Shown piece after piece: positions 37,427 through 48,686 of a stretch of 64,000 nt of DNA. A program made the position numbers and the translations under genes. Origin of the DNA: Escherichia coli (GTDB lineage: Bacteria > Pseudomonadota > Gammaproteobacteria > Enterobacterales > Enterobacteriaceae); NCBI RefSeq assembly GCF_003334385.1, contig NZ_QOWN01000001.1. One strand, 5' to 3'. Within the stretch, counting starts at the first letter, position 1. The number at the start of each line of letters is the position of its first letter. Below the pieces are notes generated by a model. It was not told the DNA's origin. It searched no databases and saw only the letters and a program-made list of their open reading frames with translations.

Positions 37427-38359
37427 TTATGCGTCGCGATTCAGCCAGGCCATGTATTCCGTTACACCTTCAGCAACGGTTTTGAACGGTTTGTCGTAAC
37501 CCGCCGCGCGCAGATTTGTCAGATCTGCCTGAGTGAACGCCTGATAGCGGCCTTTCAGTTTATCCGGGAACGGAATGTATTCGATCTGGCCTTTCTTGTG
37601 ATAAGCCAGCGTAGCATCAGCTACCGCCTGGAAGGATTCCGCACGACCAGTACCGAGATTGAAGATGCCGGAAACGCCATTTTCCAGGAACCACAGATTC
37701 ACATCAGCCACGTCGCCCACATAGACGAAGTCGCGTTTGAAGTTCTCGCTACCTTCAAACAGCTTCGGTGATTCACCGTTGTTAAGCTGGGTGTTGAGAT
37801 GGAAAGCGACGCTCGCCATGCTGCCTTTATGGCCTTCACGCGGTCCATAAACGTTGAAATAACGGAAGCCAACAATCTGCGAGTTCGCTTCAGGCAGGAT
37901 TTGACGAACATATTCATCAAACAGGAATTTTGAGTAACCGTAGACGTTCAACGGTTTTTCGTACTCGCGGGATTCAATAAAGTCGGAGGTGCGTCCGCCG
38001 TAGGTGGCTGCGGAAGAAGCGTACAGGAACGGGATTTCACGCTCCAGGCAGTAGTGCAGCAGCTCCTTGGAGTATTGATAGTTGTTATCCATCATATACT
38101 TGCCGTCCCACTCGGTGGTGGAAGAGCACGCGCCTTCGTGGAAAATCGCTTCGACATCGCCGAACTCTTCGCCAGCCATAATCTGGATCAGGAAGTCTTC
38201 CTTATCCATATAGTCTGCGATATTCAGATCCACCAGGTTCACAAACTTGGTGCCGTCTTTCAGGTTGTCCACCACCAGAATATCGGTGATGCCTTTATCA
38301 TTCAGGGCTTTAACGATGTTGCTGCCGATAAAGCCCGCGCCGCCGGTAACGATGATCAT
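37427..38359 (-). CDS. hldD: ADP-L-glycero-D-manno-heptose 6-epimerase
   Basis: 310-aa [26 protein letters not shown] (SDR Rossmann motif). Confidence 0.97.
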
Positions 38360-38647
38360 AACTGTAACCTTCGAATTATGGAGTCAGAGACAATCTCAGA
38401 CACGAATGTCTGTAATCATACCATCACATCCGAATCCCTTCAGCCCTTTACATAGAGGTGCAAGGATGCTAATTGCAACAAACTAGTTTGGGTTTTAGCT
38501 AGTCCTTCATGGCGGATGTTGGTTTTGCATGTGAATAGTGCTTTAGTATCAATATTCCGATGTATGATAAATAACGGAAGCATTTGAATGGATAATATAC
38601 AGTATACATTCTATTAATATTTATGATATAATTCTTTTTTTATATTA

Positions 38648-39520
38648 ATGGTCTTATTAGTAATGAAATCATCCACCACAATTATCACTGCATATTTTGA
38701 CATTGGTAGAGGGGATTGGACTGCTAATAAAGGGTTCCGTGAAAAACTAGCTCGTTCAGTTGATGTTTATTTTAGTTACTTTGAGCGTCTGGCCGCACTT
38801 GAAAATGAGATGATTATTTTCACTTCTCCCGATTTGAAACCAAGGGTTGAAGCGATTCGCAACGGAAAACCAACAACGGTTATCGTTATCGATATAAAAA
38901 AGAAATTTAGATATATCAGAAGTCGTATCGAAAAAATTCAAAAAGATGAGTCGTTTACAAATAGACTTGAGCCTCGACAATTAAAAAAACCAGAGTACTG
39001 GTCACCAGAGTATGTTTTGGTATGTAACCTTAAGGCCTATTTTGTAAATAAAGCTATCAACATGGGCTTAGTGAAAACGCCTCTTGTTGCGTGGATAGAT
39101 TTTGGCTATTGCCGTAAGCCAAATGTAACTCGAGGATTGAAAATTTGGGATTTCCCATTTGATGAAAGTAAGATGCATCTTTTCACTATAAAAAAAGGGC
39201 TTACTGTCACATCTCAACAACAGGTTTTTGATTTCATGATTGGCAATCATGTATATATTATTGGGGGCGCAATTGTTGGTTCACAGCATAAATGGAAAGA
39301 ATTCTATAAATTAGTTCTGGAAAGTCAAAAAATAACACTAAATAATAACATTGTGGACGATGACCAGGGCATTTTTGTCATGTGCTATTACAAACGCCCC
39401 GATCTCTTCAACCTAAACTATCTGGGGAGAGGAAAATGGTTCGATTTGTTTCGCTGCTTCAGGAGTAACACTTTAGGGGCAAAAATGCAGGCGCTGAGAA
39501 TTTTCCTTTCAAGAAAATAG
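38648..39520 (+). CDS. htrL: HtrL/YibB-family protein of unknown function
   Basis: 290-aa ORF MVLLVMKSSTTIITAYFDIGRGDW...; alternative start at Met 38663 (285 aa); AT-rich. Confidence 0.85.
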   Translation: MVLLVMKSSTTIITAYFDIGRGDWTANKGFREKLARSVDVYFSYFERLAALENEMIIFTSPDLKPRVEAIRNGKPTTVIVIDIKKKFRYIRSRIEKIQKDESFTNRLEPRQLKKPEYWSPEYVLVCNLKAYFVNKAINMGLVKTPLVAWIDFGYCRKPNVTRGLKIWDFPFDESKMHLFTIKKGLTVTSQQQVFDFMIGNHVYIIGGAIVGSQHKWKEFYKLVLESQKITLNNNIVDDDQGIFVMCYYKRPDLFNLNYLGRGKWFDLFRCFRSNTLGAKMQALRIFLSRK

Positions 39521-39566
39521 GTTTCCCTCCATTAGTGGGTAGCGTTTTGATACCAACTGAGATAGG

Positions 39567-39595
39567 AAAAATGATGCTTTGGCATCATTTTTTCT
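39567..39595 (+). terminator. intrinsic terminator after htrL
   Basis: AAAAATGATGC-TTTG-GCATCATTTTTTC. Confidence 0.75.
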
Positions 39596-39794
39596 TTTTA
39601 TATCAATGCAGTAAAATCAATCATCATTATGCCCAGCCAAAACTGTACAGCTTTTCTACTATCTGTAGGTGTTGAGAGACATCAAGTTACACGTTATTTA
39701 TCCTGAATTTTGCAGAAGTGTTAACGCGTTATCTCGTCGCGACCTATAAGTTTGGGTAATATGTGCTGGAATTTGCCCTGTCTGGAGAATCGCA

Positions 39795-40991
39795 ATGCGT
39801 GGAGAATTTTATCAGCAGTTAACCAACGATCTGGAAACCGCACGGGCGGAAGGGTTGTTTAAAGAAGAGCGCATTATTACGTCTGCGCAGCAAGCAGATA
39901 TCACTGTGGCTGATGGAAGCCACGTCATTAACTTTTGTGCCAACAACTATCTCGGGCTGGCGAATCATCCTGATCTGATTGCGGCGGCAAAGGCGGGAAT
40001 GGATTCTCACGGTTTCGGCATGGCTTCGGTGCGTTTTATTTGCGGCACTCAGGACAGCCATAAAGAGCTTGAACAAAAACTGGCGGCCTTCCTGGGGATG
40101 GAAGATGCGATTCTCTACTCTTCCTGCTTTGATGCTAACGGTGGCCTGTTTGAAACGCTTCTGGGTGCGGAAGACGCCATTATCTCCGACGCACTGAACC
40201 ACGCGTCTATTATTGATGGTGTGCGTCTGTGCAAAGCTAAACGCTATCGCTATGCCAACAACGATATGCAGGAGCTGGAAGCACGTCTGAAAGAAGCGCG
40301 TGAAGCCGGTGCGCGTCATGTGCTGATCGCCACCGATGGTGTGTTCTCAATGGACGGCGTGATTGCCAACCTGAAGGGCGTTTGCGATCTGGCAGATAAA
40401 TATGATGCCCTGGTGATGGTAGACGACTCCCACGCGGTCGGTTTTGTCGGTGAAAATGGTCGTGGTTCCCATGAATACTGCGATGTGATGGGCCGGGTCG
40501 ATATTATCACCGGTACGCTTGGTAAAGCGCTGGGCGGGGCTTCTGGTGGTTATACCGCGGCGCGCAAAGAAGTGGTTGAGTGGCTGCGCCAGCGTTCTCG
40601 TCCGTACCTGTTCTCCAACTCGCTGGCACCGGCCATTGTTGCCGCGTCCATCAAAGTACTGGAGATGGTCGAAGCGGGCAGCGAACTGCGTGACCGTCTG
40701 TGGGCGAACGCGCGTCAGTTCCGTGAGCAAATGTCGGCGGCGGGCTTTACCCTGGCGGGAGCCGATCACGCCATTATTCCGGTCATGCTTGGTGATGCGG
40801 TAGTGGCGCAGAAATTTGCCCGTGAGCTGCAAAAAGAGGGCATTTACGTTACCGGTTTCTTCTATCCGGTCGTTCCGAAAGGTCAGGCGCGTATTCGTAC
40901 CCAGATGTCTGCGGCGCATACCCCTGAGCAAATTACGCGTGCAGTAGAAGCATTTACGCGTATTGGTAAACAACTGGGCGTTATCGCCTGA
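39795..40991 (+). CDS. kbl: 2-amino-3-ketobutyrate CoA ligase (glycine C-acetyltransferase)
   Basis: 398-aa [35 protein letters not shown]...; PLP-enzyme fold. Confidence 0.96.
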   Translation: MRGEFYQQLTNDLETARAEGLFKEERIITSAQQADITVADGSHVINFCANNYLGLANHPDLIAAAKAGMDSHGFGMASVRFICGTQDSHKELEQKLAAFLGMEDAILYSSCFDANGGLFETLLGAEDAIISDALNHASIIDGVRLCKAKRYRYANNDMQELEARLKEAREAGARHVLIATDGVFSMDGVIANLKGVCDLADKYDALVMVDDSHAVGFVGENGRGSHEYCDVMGRVDIITGTLGKALGGASGGYTAARKEVVEWLRQRSRPYLFSNSLAPAIVAASIKVLEMVEAGSELRDRLWANARQFREQMSAAGFTLAGADHAIIPVMLGDAVVAQKFARELQKEGIYVTGFFYPVVPKGQARIRTQMSAAHTPEQITRAVEAFTRIGKQLGVIA

Positions 40992-41000
40992 GGATGTGAG

Positions 41001-42026
41001 ATGAAAGCGTTATCCAAACTGAAAGCGGAAGAGGGCATCTGGATGACCGACGTTCCTGTACCGGAACTCGGGCATAACGATCTGCTGATTAAAATCCGTA
41101 AAACAGCCATCTGCGGGACTGACGTTCACATCTATAACTGGGATGAGTGGTCGCAAAAAACCATCCCGGTGCCGATGGTCGTGGGCCATGAATATGTCGG
41201 TGAAGTGGTAGGTATTGGTCAGGAAGTGAAAGGCTTCAAGATCGGCGATCGCGTTTCTGGCGAAGGCCATATCACCTGTGGTCATTGCCGCAACTGTCGT
41301 GGTGGTCGTACCCATTTGTGCCGCAACACGATAGGCGTTGGTGTTAATCGCCCGGGCTGCTTTGCCGAATATCTGGTGATCCCGGCATTCAACGCCTTCA
41401 AAATCCCCGACAATATTTCCGATGACTTAGCCGCAATTTTTGATCCCTTCGGTAACGCCGTGCATACCGCGCTGTCGTTTGATCTGGTGGGCGAAGATGT
41501 GCTGGTTTCTGGTGCAGGCCCGATTGGTATTATGGCAGCGGCGGTGGCGAAACACGTTGGTGCACGCAATGTGGTGATCACTGATGTTAACGAATACCGC
41601 CTTGAGCTGGCGCGTAAAATGGGTATCACCCGTGCGGTTAACGTCGCCAAAGAAAATCTCAATGACGTGATGGCGGAGTTAGGCATGACCGAAGGTTTTG
41701 ATGTCGGTCTGGAAATGTCCGGTGCGCCGCCAGCGTTTCGTACCATGCTTGACACCATGAACCACGGCGGCCGTATTGCGATGCTGGGTATTCCGCCGTC
41801 TGATATGTCTATCGACTGGACCAAAGTGATCTTTAAAGGCTTGTTCATTAAAGGTATTTACGGTCGTGAGATGTTTGAAACCTGGTACAAGATGGCGGCG
41901 CTGATTCAGTCTGGCCTCGATCTTTCGCCGATCATTACCCATCGTTTCTCTATCGATGATTTCCAGAAGGGCTTTGACGCTATGCGTTCGGGCCAGTCCG
42001 GGAAAGTTATTCTGAGCTGGGATTAA
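41001..42026 (+). CDS. tdh: L-threonine 3-dehydrogenase
   Basis: 341-aa [34 protein letters not shown]...; Zn-ADH motifs GHEYVGEVV and GAGPIG. Confidence 0.96.
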   Translation: MKALSKLKAEEGIWMTDVPVPELGHNDLLIKIRKTAICGTDVHIYNWDEWSQKTIPVPMVVGHEYVGEVVGIGQEVKGFKIGDRVSGEGHITCGHCRNCRGGRTHLCRNTIGVGVNRPGCFAEYLVIPAFNAFKIPDNISDDLAAIFDPFGNAVHTALSFDLVGEDVLVSGAGPIGIMAAAVAKHVGARNVVITDVNEYRLELARKMGITRAVNVAKENLNDVMAELGMTEGFDVGLEMSGAPPAFRTMLDTMNHGGRIAMLGIPPSDMSIDWTKVIFKGLFIKGIYGREMFETWYKMAALIQSGLDLSPIITHRFSIDDFQKGFDAMRSGQSGKVILSWD

Positions 42027-42033
42027 CACGAAC

Positions 42034-42058
42034 AAGGGCTGGTATTCCAGCCCTTTTA
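42034..42058 (+). terminator. intrinsic terminator after tdh
   Basis: AAGGGCTGG-TATT-CCAGCCCTTTT. Confidence 0.8.
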
Positions 42059-42264
42059 TCTGAGGATAATCTGTTAAATATGTAAAATCCTGTCAGTGTA
42101 ATAAAGAGTTCGTAATTGTGCTGATCTCTTATATAGCTGCTCTCATTATCTCTCTACCCTGAAGTGACTCTCTCACCTGTAAAAATAATATCTCACAGGC
42201 TTAATAGTTTCTTAATACAAAGCCTGTAAAACGTCAGGATAACTTCAGAGGTCGTCGGTAATTT

Positions 42265-43299
42265 ATGATGAACAGCACCAATAAACTTAGTGTTATTATT
42301 CCGTTATATAATGCGGGCGATGATTTCCGCACTTGTATGGAATCTTTAATTACGCAAACCTGGACTGCTCTGGAAATCATTATTATTAACGATGGTTCAA
42401 CGGATAATTCTGTTGAAATAGCAAAGTATTACGCAGAAAACTATCCGCACGTTCGTTTGTTGCATCAGGCGAATGCTGGCGCATCGGTGGCGCGTAATCG
42501 TGGGATTGAAGTGGCAACGGGCAAATATGTCGCTTTTGTCGATGCTGACGATGAAGTCTATCCCACCATGTACGAAACGCTGATGACCATGGCGTTAGAG
42601 GACGACCTCGACGTGGCGCAGTGCAACGCTGACTGGTGTTTTCGTGAAACGGGAGAAACCTGGCAATCCATCCCCACCGATCGCCTTCGCTCAACCGGCG
42701 TATTAACCGGCCCGGACTGGCTGCGGATGGGGCTTTCTTCGCGCCGTTGGACTCACGTTGTCTGGATGGGGGTTTATCGCCGTGATGTTATTGTTAAAAA
42801 TAACATTAAATTTATTGCCGGATTACATCATCAGGATATTGTCTGGACAACAGAATTCATGTTTAACGCGCTGCGTGCGCGATATACCGAGCAATCATTA
42901 TATAAATATTATCTGCATAATACGTCAGTGAGTCGGTTGCATAGACAAGGGAATAAAAACCTTAATTATCAACGTCACTATATTAAGATTACCCGCCTGC
43001 TGGAGAAATTAAATCGAAATTATGCCGACAAAATTATGATTTATCCGGAATTTCATCAGCAAATAACTTACGAGGCATTGCGTGTTTGCCATGCGGTGCG
43101 CAAAGAGCCGGATATTCTTACCCGCCAACGGATGATTGCCGAGATATTTACTTCCGGTATGTATAAGCGCCTGATTACCAATGTGCGCAGCGTGAAGGTC
43201 GGTTACCAGGCGTTACTGTGGTCTTTCCGCTTATGGCAATGGCGCGACAAAACGCGGTCGCACCATCGCATTACGCGTAGCGCCTTTAATTTGCGCTAG
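42265..43299 (+). CDS. waaH: GT2 glycosyltransferase (LPS core glucuronic acid transferase WaaH/YibD)
   Basis: 344-aa ORF MMNSTNKLSVIIPLYNAGDDF...; GT2 motifs (IIINDGSTD, DADDE). Confidence 0.92.
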   Translation: MMNSTNKLSVIIPLYNAGDDFRTCMESLITQTWTALEIIIINDGSTDNSVEIAKYYAENYPHVRLLHQANAGASVARNRGIEVATGKYVAFVDADDEVYPTMYETLMTMALEDDLDVAQCNADWCFRETGETWQSIPTDRLRSTGVLTGPDWLRMGLSSRRWTHVVWMGVYRRDVIVKNNIKFIAGLHHQDIVWTTEFMFNALRARYTEQSLYKYYLHNTSVSRLHRQGNKNLNYQRHYIKITRLLEKLNRNYADKIMIYPEFHQQITYEALRVCHAVRKEPDILTRQRMIAEIFTSGMYKRLITNVRSVKVGYQALLWSFRLWQWRDKTRSHHRITRSAFNLR

Positions 43300-44245
43300 C
43301 GTTAAACTTCGCCGCTTCGGGCTGTTTGCCCCAGCCTTGCCACTGATGCTGGAAGTAAACGATCAGCGTGCTCTGGCTGATGCTTTCGCTTAATACTTCA
43401 AAGAAGCGATTAGCATAAACAGGTTCTATCGGTTTCTTCGGTTTGCACAGCTTCACGCCACGGAACGGATTACGCGGTGCATCAGGCACAGCGTTTTTCG
43501 GCGGTGTAGAAGTATCAACCTGCGGTTCATTCAGCAAGCTGCTGGCTTTCACCAGCGTAATGTCTGGCGGCAGGTTATAAACCATCTGTTGCAACACGCG
43601 TACCGTTGCAGGGTGAGGATGCCCAATGGCAATGGTCGAACCGTTGCGACGCGCCAGGTCAATTGCGCGATTAAATTGCACACGGATGTCCGCTTCATTT
43701 TGCGAATCGTCGAGGAATACCTTCCGTTTGATCACCTTCACGCCAGTGCCTTGCGCGGCGCGCATCGCCTGGGTATTACCGATGGTTACGCTGTCGAGGA
43801 AGTAAAGATTGTAACGCTCCAGCGCCTGCATCACTTTCTGCATACCAAACAGGTTAGAGGTCATCTTGCTGCCCATGTGGTTGTTGATCCCCACGGCATA
43901 GGGCACGTTATTGACCGCACTACGAATAATGCGCTCAATTTCGTCGCTGCTCATCTCCGGGCGTAGCGTATTTTTCTCCAGCGGCTGTTTACTCAACGGT
44001 GCCATCGGGAGATGAATCAACACTTCGTGCCCGCTGTTATGCGCTTTGGTCGCCATCTCTCTGGCGTGCGGTGAATCGGGTAATACAGCGACGGAGATAG
44101 CGGAAGGCATCGCCAGCACCTGGTTTTCGTTGTGCGGGCGATACCCAAAATCATCAATGACGATGGCAAGTTTGCCAGCAAGTACGGGGGAGGAGAGCGC
44201 CAACAGAGCGGCAAATGCAAGAACGTTACGACGAAATGGAAACAA
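43286..44245 (-). CDS. yibQ: divergent polysaccharide deacetylase family protein
   Basis: 319-aa ORF with signal peptide MFPFRRNVLAFAALLALSSPVLAG; 3' end overlaps the waaH 3' end by 14 nt. Confidence 0.9.
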   Translation of the reverse strand: MFPFRRNVLAFAALLALSSPVLAGKLAIVIDDFGYRPHNENQVLAMPSAISVAVLPDSPHAREMATKAHNSGHEVLIHLPMAPLSKQPLEKNTLRPEMSSDEIERIIRSAVNNVPYAVGINNHMGSKMTSNLFGMQKVMQALERYNLYFLDSVTIGNTQAMRAAQGTGVKVIKRKVFLDDSQNEADIRVQFNRAIDLARRNGSTIAIGHPHPATVRVLQQMVYNLPPDITLVKASSLLNEPQVDTSTPPKNAVPDAPRNPFRGVKLCKPKKPIEPVYANRFFEVLSESISQSTLIVYFQHQWQGWGKQPEAAKFNASAN

Positions 44246-44248
44246 AAC

Positions 44249-45508
44249 TTATCTTCCCAACCACGGCTGTGGATTGACCGCCTGACCCTGGCGGCGAATT
44301 TCGAAATAGAGTGAAGGCCGACCCTGACCGCCACTGCTGCCCACCAGTGCAATCGGCTGGCCCGCGCGAACCTGCGAACCAACGCTCACCAGTGCGCTCT
44401 GATTATAGCCGTAAAGACTCATGTCGCCTTTACCATGCTCAACCACCACCACCAGACCGTAGCCTTGCAGCCAGTCAGCCAGAATCACCCGACCGTCGGC
44501 AATCGCTTTAACTTCAGTACCTTCAGAAGCACCGATAACCATACCTTTCCAGCGTAATTCACCCTGTAGCTGTTCGCCATAGCGATGCAGCGTCGGCCCG
44601 CGAACCGGCCAGAATGCCTGACCACGCGGCGCGCCCAGACCACCGGTACGGGACATCAGCGATTTTTCGCTTTCGGTCGGTTTGTAGGTGGTGCCTTTGC
44701 GCGTCGCTTCTTTCTGGCGGTCGCGAACCGCCTGGGCCTCACGTGCTTCTCGTTCTGCACGCGCTTTCGCCGCGGCTTCCGCACGGGCAATGCTGTTACG
44801 CAGACGGGATTCGTTGGCGCGCAGCTCGCTCAACTGTTGCTGACCTTGCTGGATGGAAGACTCCAGCCCTGCCAGCGTCTTTTTACGCTCGTTCAGCGCC
44901 TGAGTCAGTTTCGCCTGTTGGGCGCGCTGCTCATATAACAGCGTTTGTTGCTCGCTCTGTTTCTCTTCCAGTTCAGCACGCTGCATGGCGACTTCTTCAC
45001 GCGTTTGCTTCAACTGGGCAATGGTTTCTTGTCGTGCCTGGTTGAGATAGCCGAAATAAGCCTGTAAACGCTGTCCACGCTGGCTTTCTTCACCGCTGAG
45101 AATCAGCTGAATACCGGTATGCTCGCCCTGACGGAATGCGGCATCCAGTTGTGCGGCGAGGCTGCGCTCCTGGGCGGCTTTTTGCTGCTCCAGTTTGGCA
45201 ATCGACGCGTTCATCTCATCAATCTGTTTATTGAGTTGATTGAGCGTGTTTTGCGTTTCGCGCAGCTTACGGGTGGCTTCAGAGATCGCTTCTTCCTGCT
45301 TTTTCAATTGTGCGAGCAGGCTTGCGCGTTGTTGTTGCTTTTGGCGTACCGCGCGCTCTTTTGCGGCGATGTCAGCCTGAATAGATTTGAGTTGGTCACG
45401 CTCATCCGCGTGGGCGGAAAAGGCGCACAACAATACGCCAGCGCTAAGAACGCTGGCGTAGATGATGGGCCTGATTGCAAACCTGCGCGGTTTCACGGCC
45501 CGTGTCAT
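44249..45508 (-). CDS. envC: murein hydrolase activator EnvC
   Basis: 427-aa ORF; Met at 45508 gives 419 aa MTRAVKPRRFAIRPIIYASVLSAGVLLCAFSAHA; long coiled coil plus C-terminal LytM/M23-like domain. Confidence 0.95.
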   Translation of the reverse strand: MTRAVKPRRFAIRPIIYASVLSAGVLLCAFSAHADERDQLKSIQADIAAKERAVRQKQQQRASLLAQLKKQEEAISEATRKLRETQNTLNQLNKQIDEMNASIAKLEQQKAAQERSLAAQLDAAFRQGEHTGIQLILSGEESQRGQRLQAYFGYLNQARQETIAQLKQTREEVAMQRAELEEKQSEQQTLLYEQRAQQAKLTQALNERKKTLAGLESSIQQGQQQLSELRANESRLRNSIARAEAAAKARAEREAREAQAVRDRQKEATRKGTTYKPTESEKSLMSRTGGLGAPRGQAFWPVRGPTLHRYGEQLQGELRWKGMVIGASEGTEVKAIADGRVILADWLQGYGLVVVVEHGKGDMSLYGYNQSALVSVGSQVRAGQPIALVGSSGGQGRPSLYFEIRRQGQAVNPQPWLGR

Positions 45509-45541
45509 GGTATTAATCGCCTTTCCCCTCATGGGGAGGGA

Positions 45542-47086
45542 TTATTCCACGATGAACAGCGGCTTACCAGTCATCTCTTGCGGGATTTCCATACCCATCA
45601 GCGACAACATGGTCGGCGCGATGTCAGAAAGTTTGCCGCCTTCAACCGCTTTCACGTTCTTATCACCAACGTAAATCAGCGGAACTGGCTGGTTGGTGTG
45701 TGCCGTGTGTGCCTGACCCGTTGCCGGATCGCGCATCTGCTCAGCGTTACCGTGGTCAGCGGTGATCAGCAGTTGTCCACCCACGGACTCAACCGCTTTC
45801 GCGACTTCTTCCACGCAGTGATCCAGCGCTTCAACCGCTTTAACCGCCGCTTCCATCACCCCGGTGTGACCTACCATGTCGCCGTTCGGATAGTTACAGA
45901 TGATGGTGTCGTATTTGCCGCTCTTGATGGCCGCAACCAGTTTTTCGGTCAGCTCTGCGGAGCTCATTTCCGGTTGCAGATCGTAGGTAGCCACTTTCGG
46001 TGAGTTGATCAGAATGCGATCTTCGCCTTTGAACGACTCTTCTACGCCACCGTTGAAGAAGAAAGTAACGTGGGCATATTTTTCGGTTTCGGAAATACGC
46101 AACTGAGTTTTGTCGTTTTTCGCCATCCACTCGCCGAAGGTGTTAACCAGGGAAGCGGGTGGGTAAGCAACCGCAGTTTTGATGTCAGCGGCGTATTCGG
46201 TCAGCATCACGAAATCGACGTTAACCACTTTCTTACGCGCGAAGCCATCGAAATCAGCGTTCACGAAAGCACGAGTGATTTCACGCGCGCGGTCAGCACG
46301 GAAGTTCATGAAAATCAGTGCATCGCCGTCTTCCATTGCCGCGTCTGGCTGACCTTCAGCACGGATAACGGTCGCTTTCACGAATTCATCATTTTCGTCG
46401 CGAGCATAAGCAGCCTGCAAACCAGCAACGGCGGTATCGGCCTGGAACTCGCCCTGCGCCAGAGTCAGCAGGTCATAAGCTTTTTCTACGCGATCCCAAC
46501 GGTTATCGCGGTCCATCGCGTAGTAACGACCAATGATGGACGCTACGCGGCCTTTGCCCAGCGCGGCAAATTTTTCTTCGAATTTTTTCAGCGAGGATTC
46601 AGCACTGCGCGGCGGAGTGTCGCGACCGTCAAGGAATGCGTGCAGGTAGATTTTTTCTGCGCCGCGTTCAGCTGCCAGTTCTACCATCGCCATGATGTGA
46701 TCTTCGTGGCTGTGTACGCCGCCTGCGGAGAGCAGACCCATAATGTGTACCGCTTTGCCTGCGTTTTTCGCTTTATCTACCGCGCCAGTCAGCACCGGAT
46801 TAGCAAAGAAAGCGCGATCTTTGATTTCAACGTCCAGACGAGTCAGGTCCTGATACACGATGCGGCCGGCACCCAGGTTAACGTGGCCTACTTCGGAGTT
46901 ACCCATCTGACGGTCAGGCAGACCGACTTCCAGACCGGAAGCGTCGATTAGGGTATGCGGACGATTGGCCCACAGTGCATCCATTACCGGGGTTTTAGCA
47001 CTAAAAATGGCGTTATCCTGCTGTTCTTCGCGATAGCCATAGCCATCCAGAATCACCAGTACCATAGGTTTTTTAGAAACCAACAT
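45542..47086 (-). CDS. gpmM: 2,3-bisphosphoglycerate-independent phosphoglycerate mutase
   Basis: 588-aa ORF; Met at 47086 gives 514 aa [27 protein letters not shown]... Confidence 0.95.
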   Translation of the reverse strand: MLVSKKPMVLVILDGYGYREEQQDNAIFSAKTPVMDALWANRPHTLIDASGLEVGLPDRQMGNSEVGHVNLGAGRIVYQDLTRLDVEIKDRAFFANPVLTGAVDKAKNAGKAVHIMGLLSAGGVHSHEDHIMAMVELAAERGAEKIYLHAFLDGRDTPPRSAESSLKKFEEKFAALGKGRVASIIGRYYAMDRDNRWDRVEKAYDLLTLAQGEFQADTAVAGLQAAYARDENDEFVKATVIRAEGQPDAAMEDGDALIFMNFRADRAREITRAFVNADFDGFARKKVVNVDFVMLTEYAADIKTAVAYPPASLVNTFGEWMAKNDKTQLRISETEKYAHVTFFFNGGVEESFKGEDRILINSPKVATYDLQPEMSSAELTEKLVAAIKSGKYDTIICNYPNGDMVGHTGVMEAAVKAVEALDHCVEEVAKAVESVGGQLLITADHGNAEQMRDPATGQAHTAHTNQPVPLIYVGDKNVKAVEGGKLSDIAPTMLSLMGMEIPQEMTGKPLFIVE

Positions 47087-47331
47087 TGCGACAACCTCAT
47101 ACTCAAGAGTCAAAATTTGCGTAATTTTACTACAGCTGAATCGATAAAATAGCCTCTGAAGATCAAAATATACGACCGCTCGCGGCAAGCCGATGCCAGA
47201 TTTACGCTTTTTTTTTCGTCGCGCCCCGCAAAATTGCATTCCAGTTAACGCGCTGGCTGTATTTGCCGCACCGCGCAGGTATACTCCTTTCCTGGTTTTT
47301 TTAATCACTACGTCGGGAGTTGTTACCCCCC

Positions 47332-47763
47332 ATGCAAGAAATTATGCAATTTGTTGGCCGTCATCCCATACTGAGTATCGCCTGGATCGCGTTACTGGTG
47401 GCGGTTCTTGTGACTACGTTTAAGAGCCTGACCTCGAAAGTGAAGGTGATTACTCGTGGTGAAGCTACGCGTCTGATCAACAAAGAAGACGCTGTGGTTG
47501 TGGATTTACGTCAGCGTGATGACTTCCGTAAAGGCCATATCGCAGGTTCTATTAATCTGTTGCCGAGCGAAATCAAAGCCAACAATGTTGGTGAGCTTGA
47601 GAAGCACAAAGACAAACCGGTTATCGTGGTAGACGGTTCTGGCATGCAGTGCCAGGAGCCTGCAAACGCACTGACGAAAGCTGGTTTTGCGCAAGTATTC
47701 GTGCTGAAAGAAGGCGTCGCTGGCTGGGCTGGCGAAAACTTGCCTTTGGTGCGCGGCAAATAA
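47332..47763 (+). CDS. yibN: rhodanese-domain inner membrane protein
   Basis: ATG 47332 gives 143 aa [27 protein letters not shown] (TM) followed by a rhodanese fold. Confidence 0.92.
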
Positions 47764-47904
47764 TTTACCTGTCGTCTTTCATGATGCAGGCCGTTAGCTG
47801 CAATTAGGCCCCCAGCGACTTATTGTTATAAGCTTCTGGGGACACTCCATTTTGCTGCCGCCCTGCAACATGAAATTTCAGGGTAAAAAAACAGGAGCTA
47901 ATTT

Positions 47905-48156
47905 ATGGCCAATGTTGAAATCTATACCAAAGAAACCTGCCCGTATTGCCATCGTGCAAAAGCACTGCTGAGCAGCAAGGGCGTGAGTTTCCAGGAGCTG
48001 CCGATCGATGGCAACGCCGCCAAGCGTGAAGAGATGATCAAACGCAGCGGTCGCACCACGGTTCCCCAGATTTTTATTGACGCACAGCACATTGGCGGCT
48101 GTGATGACTTGTATGCATTGGATGCACGTGGTGGACTGGATCCCCTGCTGAAATAA
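47905..48156 (+). CDS. grxC: glutaredoxin 3
   Basis: 83-aa [22 protein letters not shown] (CPYC active site). Confidence 0.97.
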
Positions 48157-48218
48157 CGTGTGAACGTTGGCATTACATTGCGCAGTATTTAAGGACAACA
48201 CTTAAGGGTTTTCTACAC

Positions 48219-48686
48219 ATGTCAGAACAAAACAACACTGAAATGACTTTCCAGATCCAACGTATTTATACCAAGGATATCTCTTTCGAAGCGCCGAACG
48301 CGCCGCACGTTTTCCAGAAAGATTGGCAACCAGAAGTTAAACTTGATCTGGATACGGCATCTTCCCAACTGGCAGATGACGTATACGAAGTGGTACTGCG
48401 TGTTACCGTAACGGCCTCTTTGGGCGAAGAAACCGCGTTCCTGTGTGAAGTTCAGCAGGGCGGTATTTTCTCCATCGCGGGTATCGAAGGCACCCAGATG
48501 GCGCATTGCCTGGGAGCATACTGCCCGAACATTCTGTTCCCGTATGCTCGTGAGTGCATCACCAGCATGGTATCCCGCGGTACATTCCCGCAACTGAACC
48601 TTGCGCCGGTTAACTTCGATGCGCTGTTCATGAACTATTTGCAGCAGCAGGCTGGCGAAGGTACTGAAGAACATCAGGATGCCTGA
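48219..48686 (+). CDS. secB: protein-export chaperone SecB
   Basis: 155-aa [35 protein letters not shown]... Confidence 0.97.

Noticed and set aside
42171-42231. Possible Pho box upstream of waaH: TCTCAC repeated at 20-bp spacing, CCTGTAAAA repeated at 42176 and 42223
   Set aside because: waaH is reported to be PhoB-regulated, but the match to the CTGTCAT-N4-CTGTCAT consensus is poor in my reading. I cannot place it relative to a mapped TSS.
45119-46951. 294-aa and 293-aa + strand ORFs antisense to envC and gpmM; similar cases at 58654-59433 (antisense mtlA) and 40347-40973 (antisense kbl)
   Set aside because: Same codon-aligned antisense (shadow) frame as above, inside well-supported genes, with no translation signals.
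47087-47308. 74-codon upstream extension of gpmM; similar upstream extensions of coaD (22522-22689), coaBC, recG, gmk, slmA, yicG and envC in the ORF track
   Set aside because: These are longest-ORF artefacts. The internal Met sites give the recognised protein N-termini, have SD sequences, and avoid overlap with neighbouring genes or promoters.
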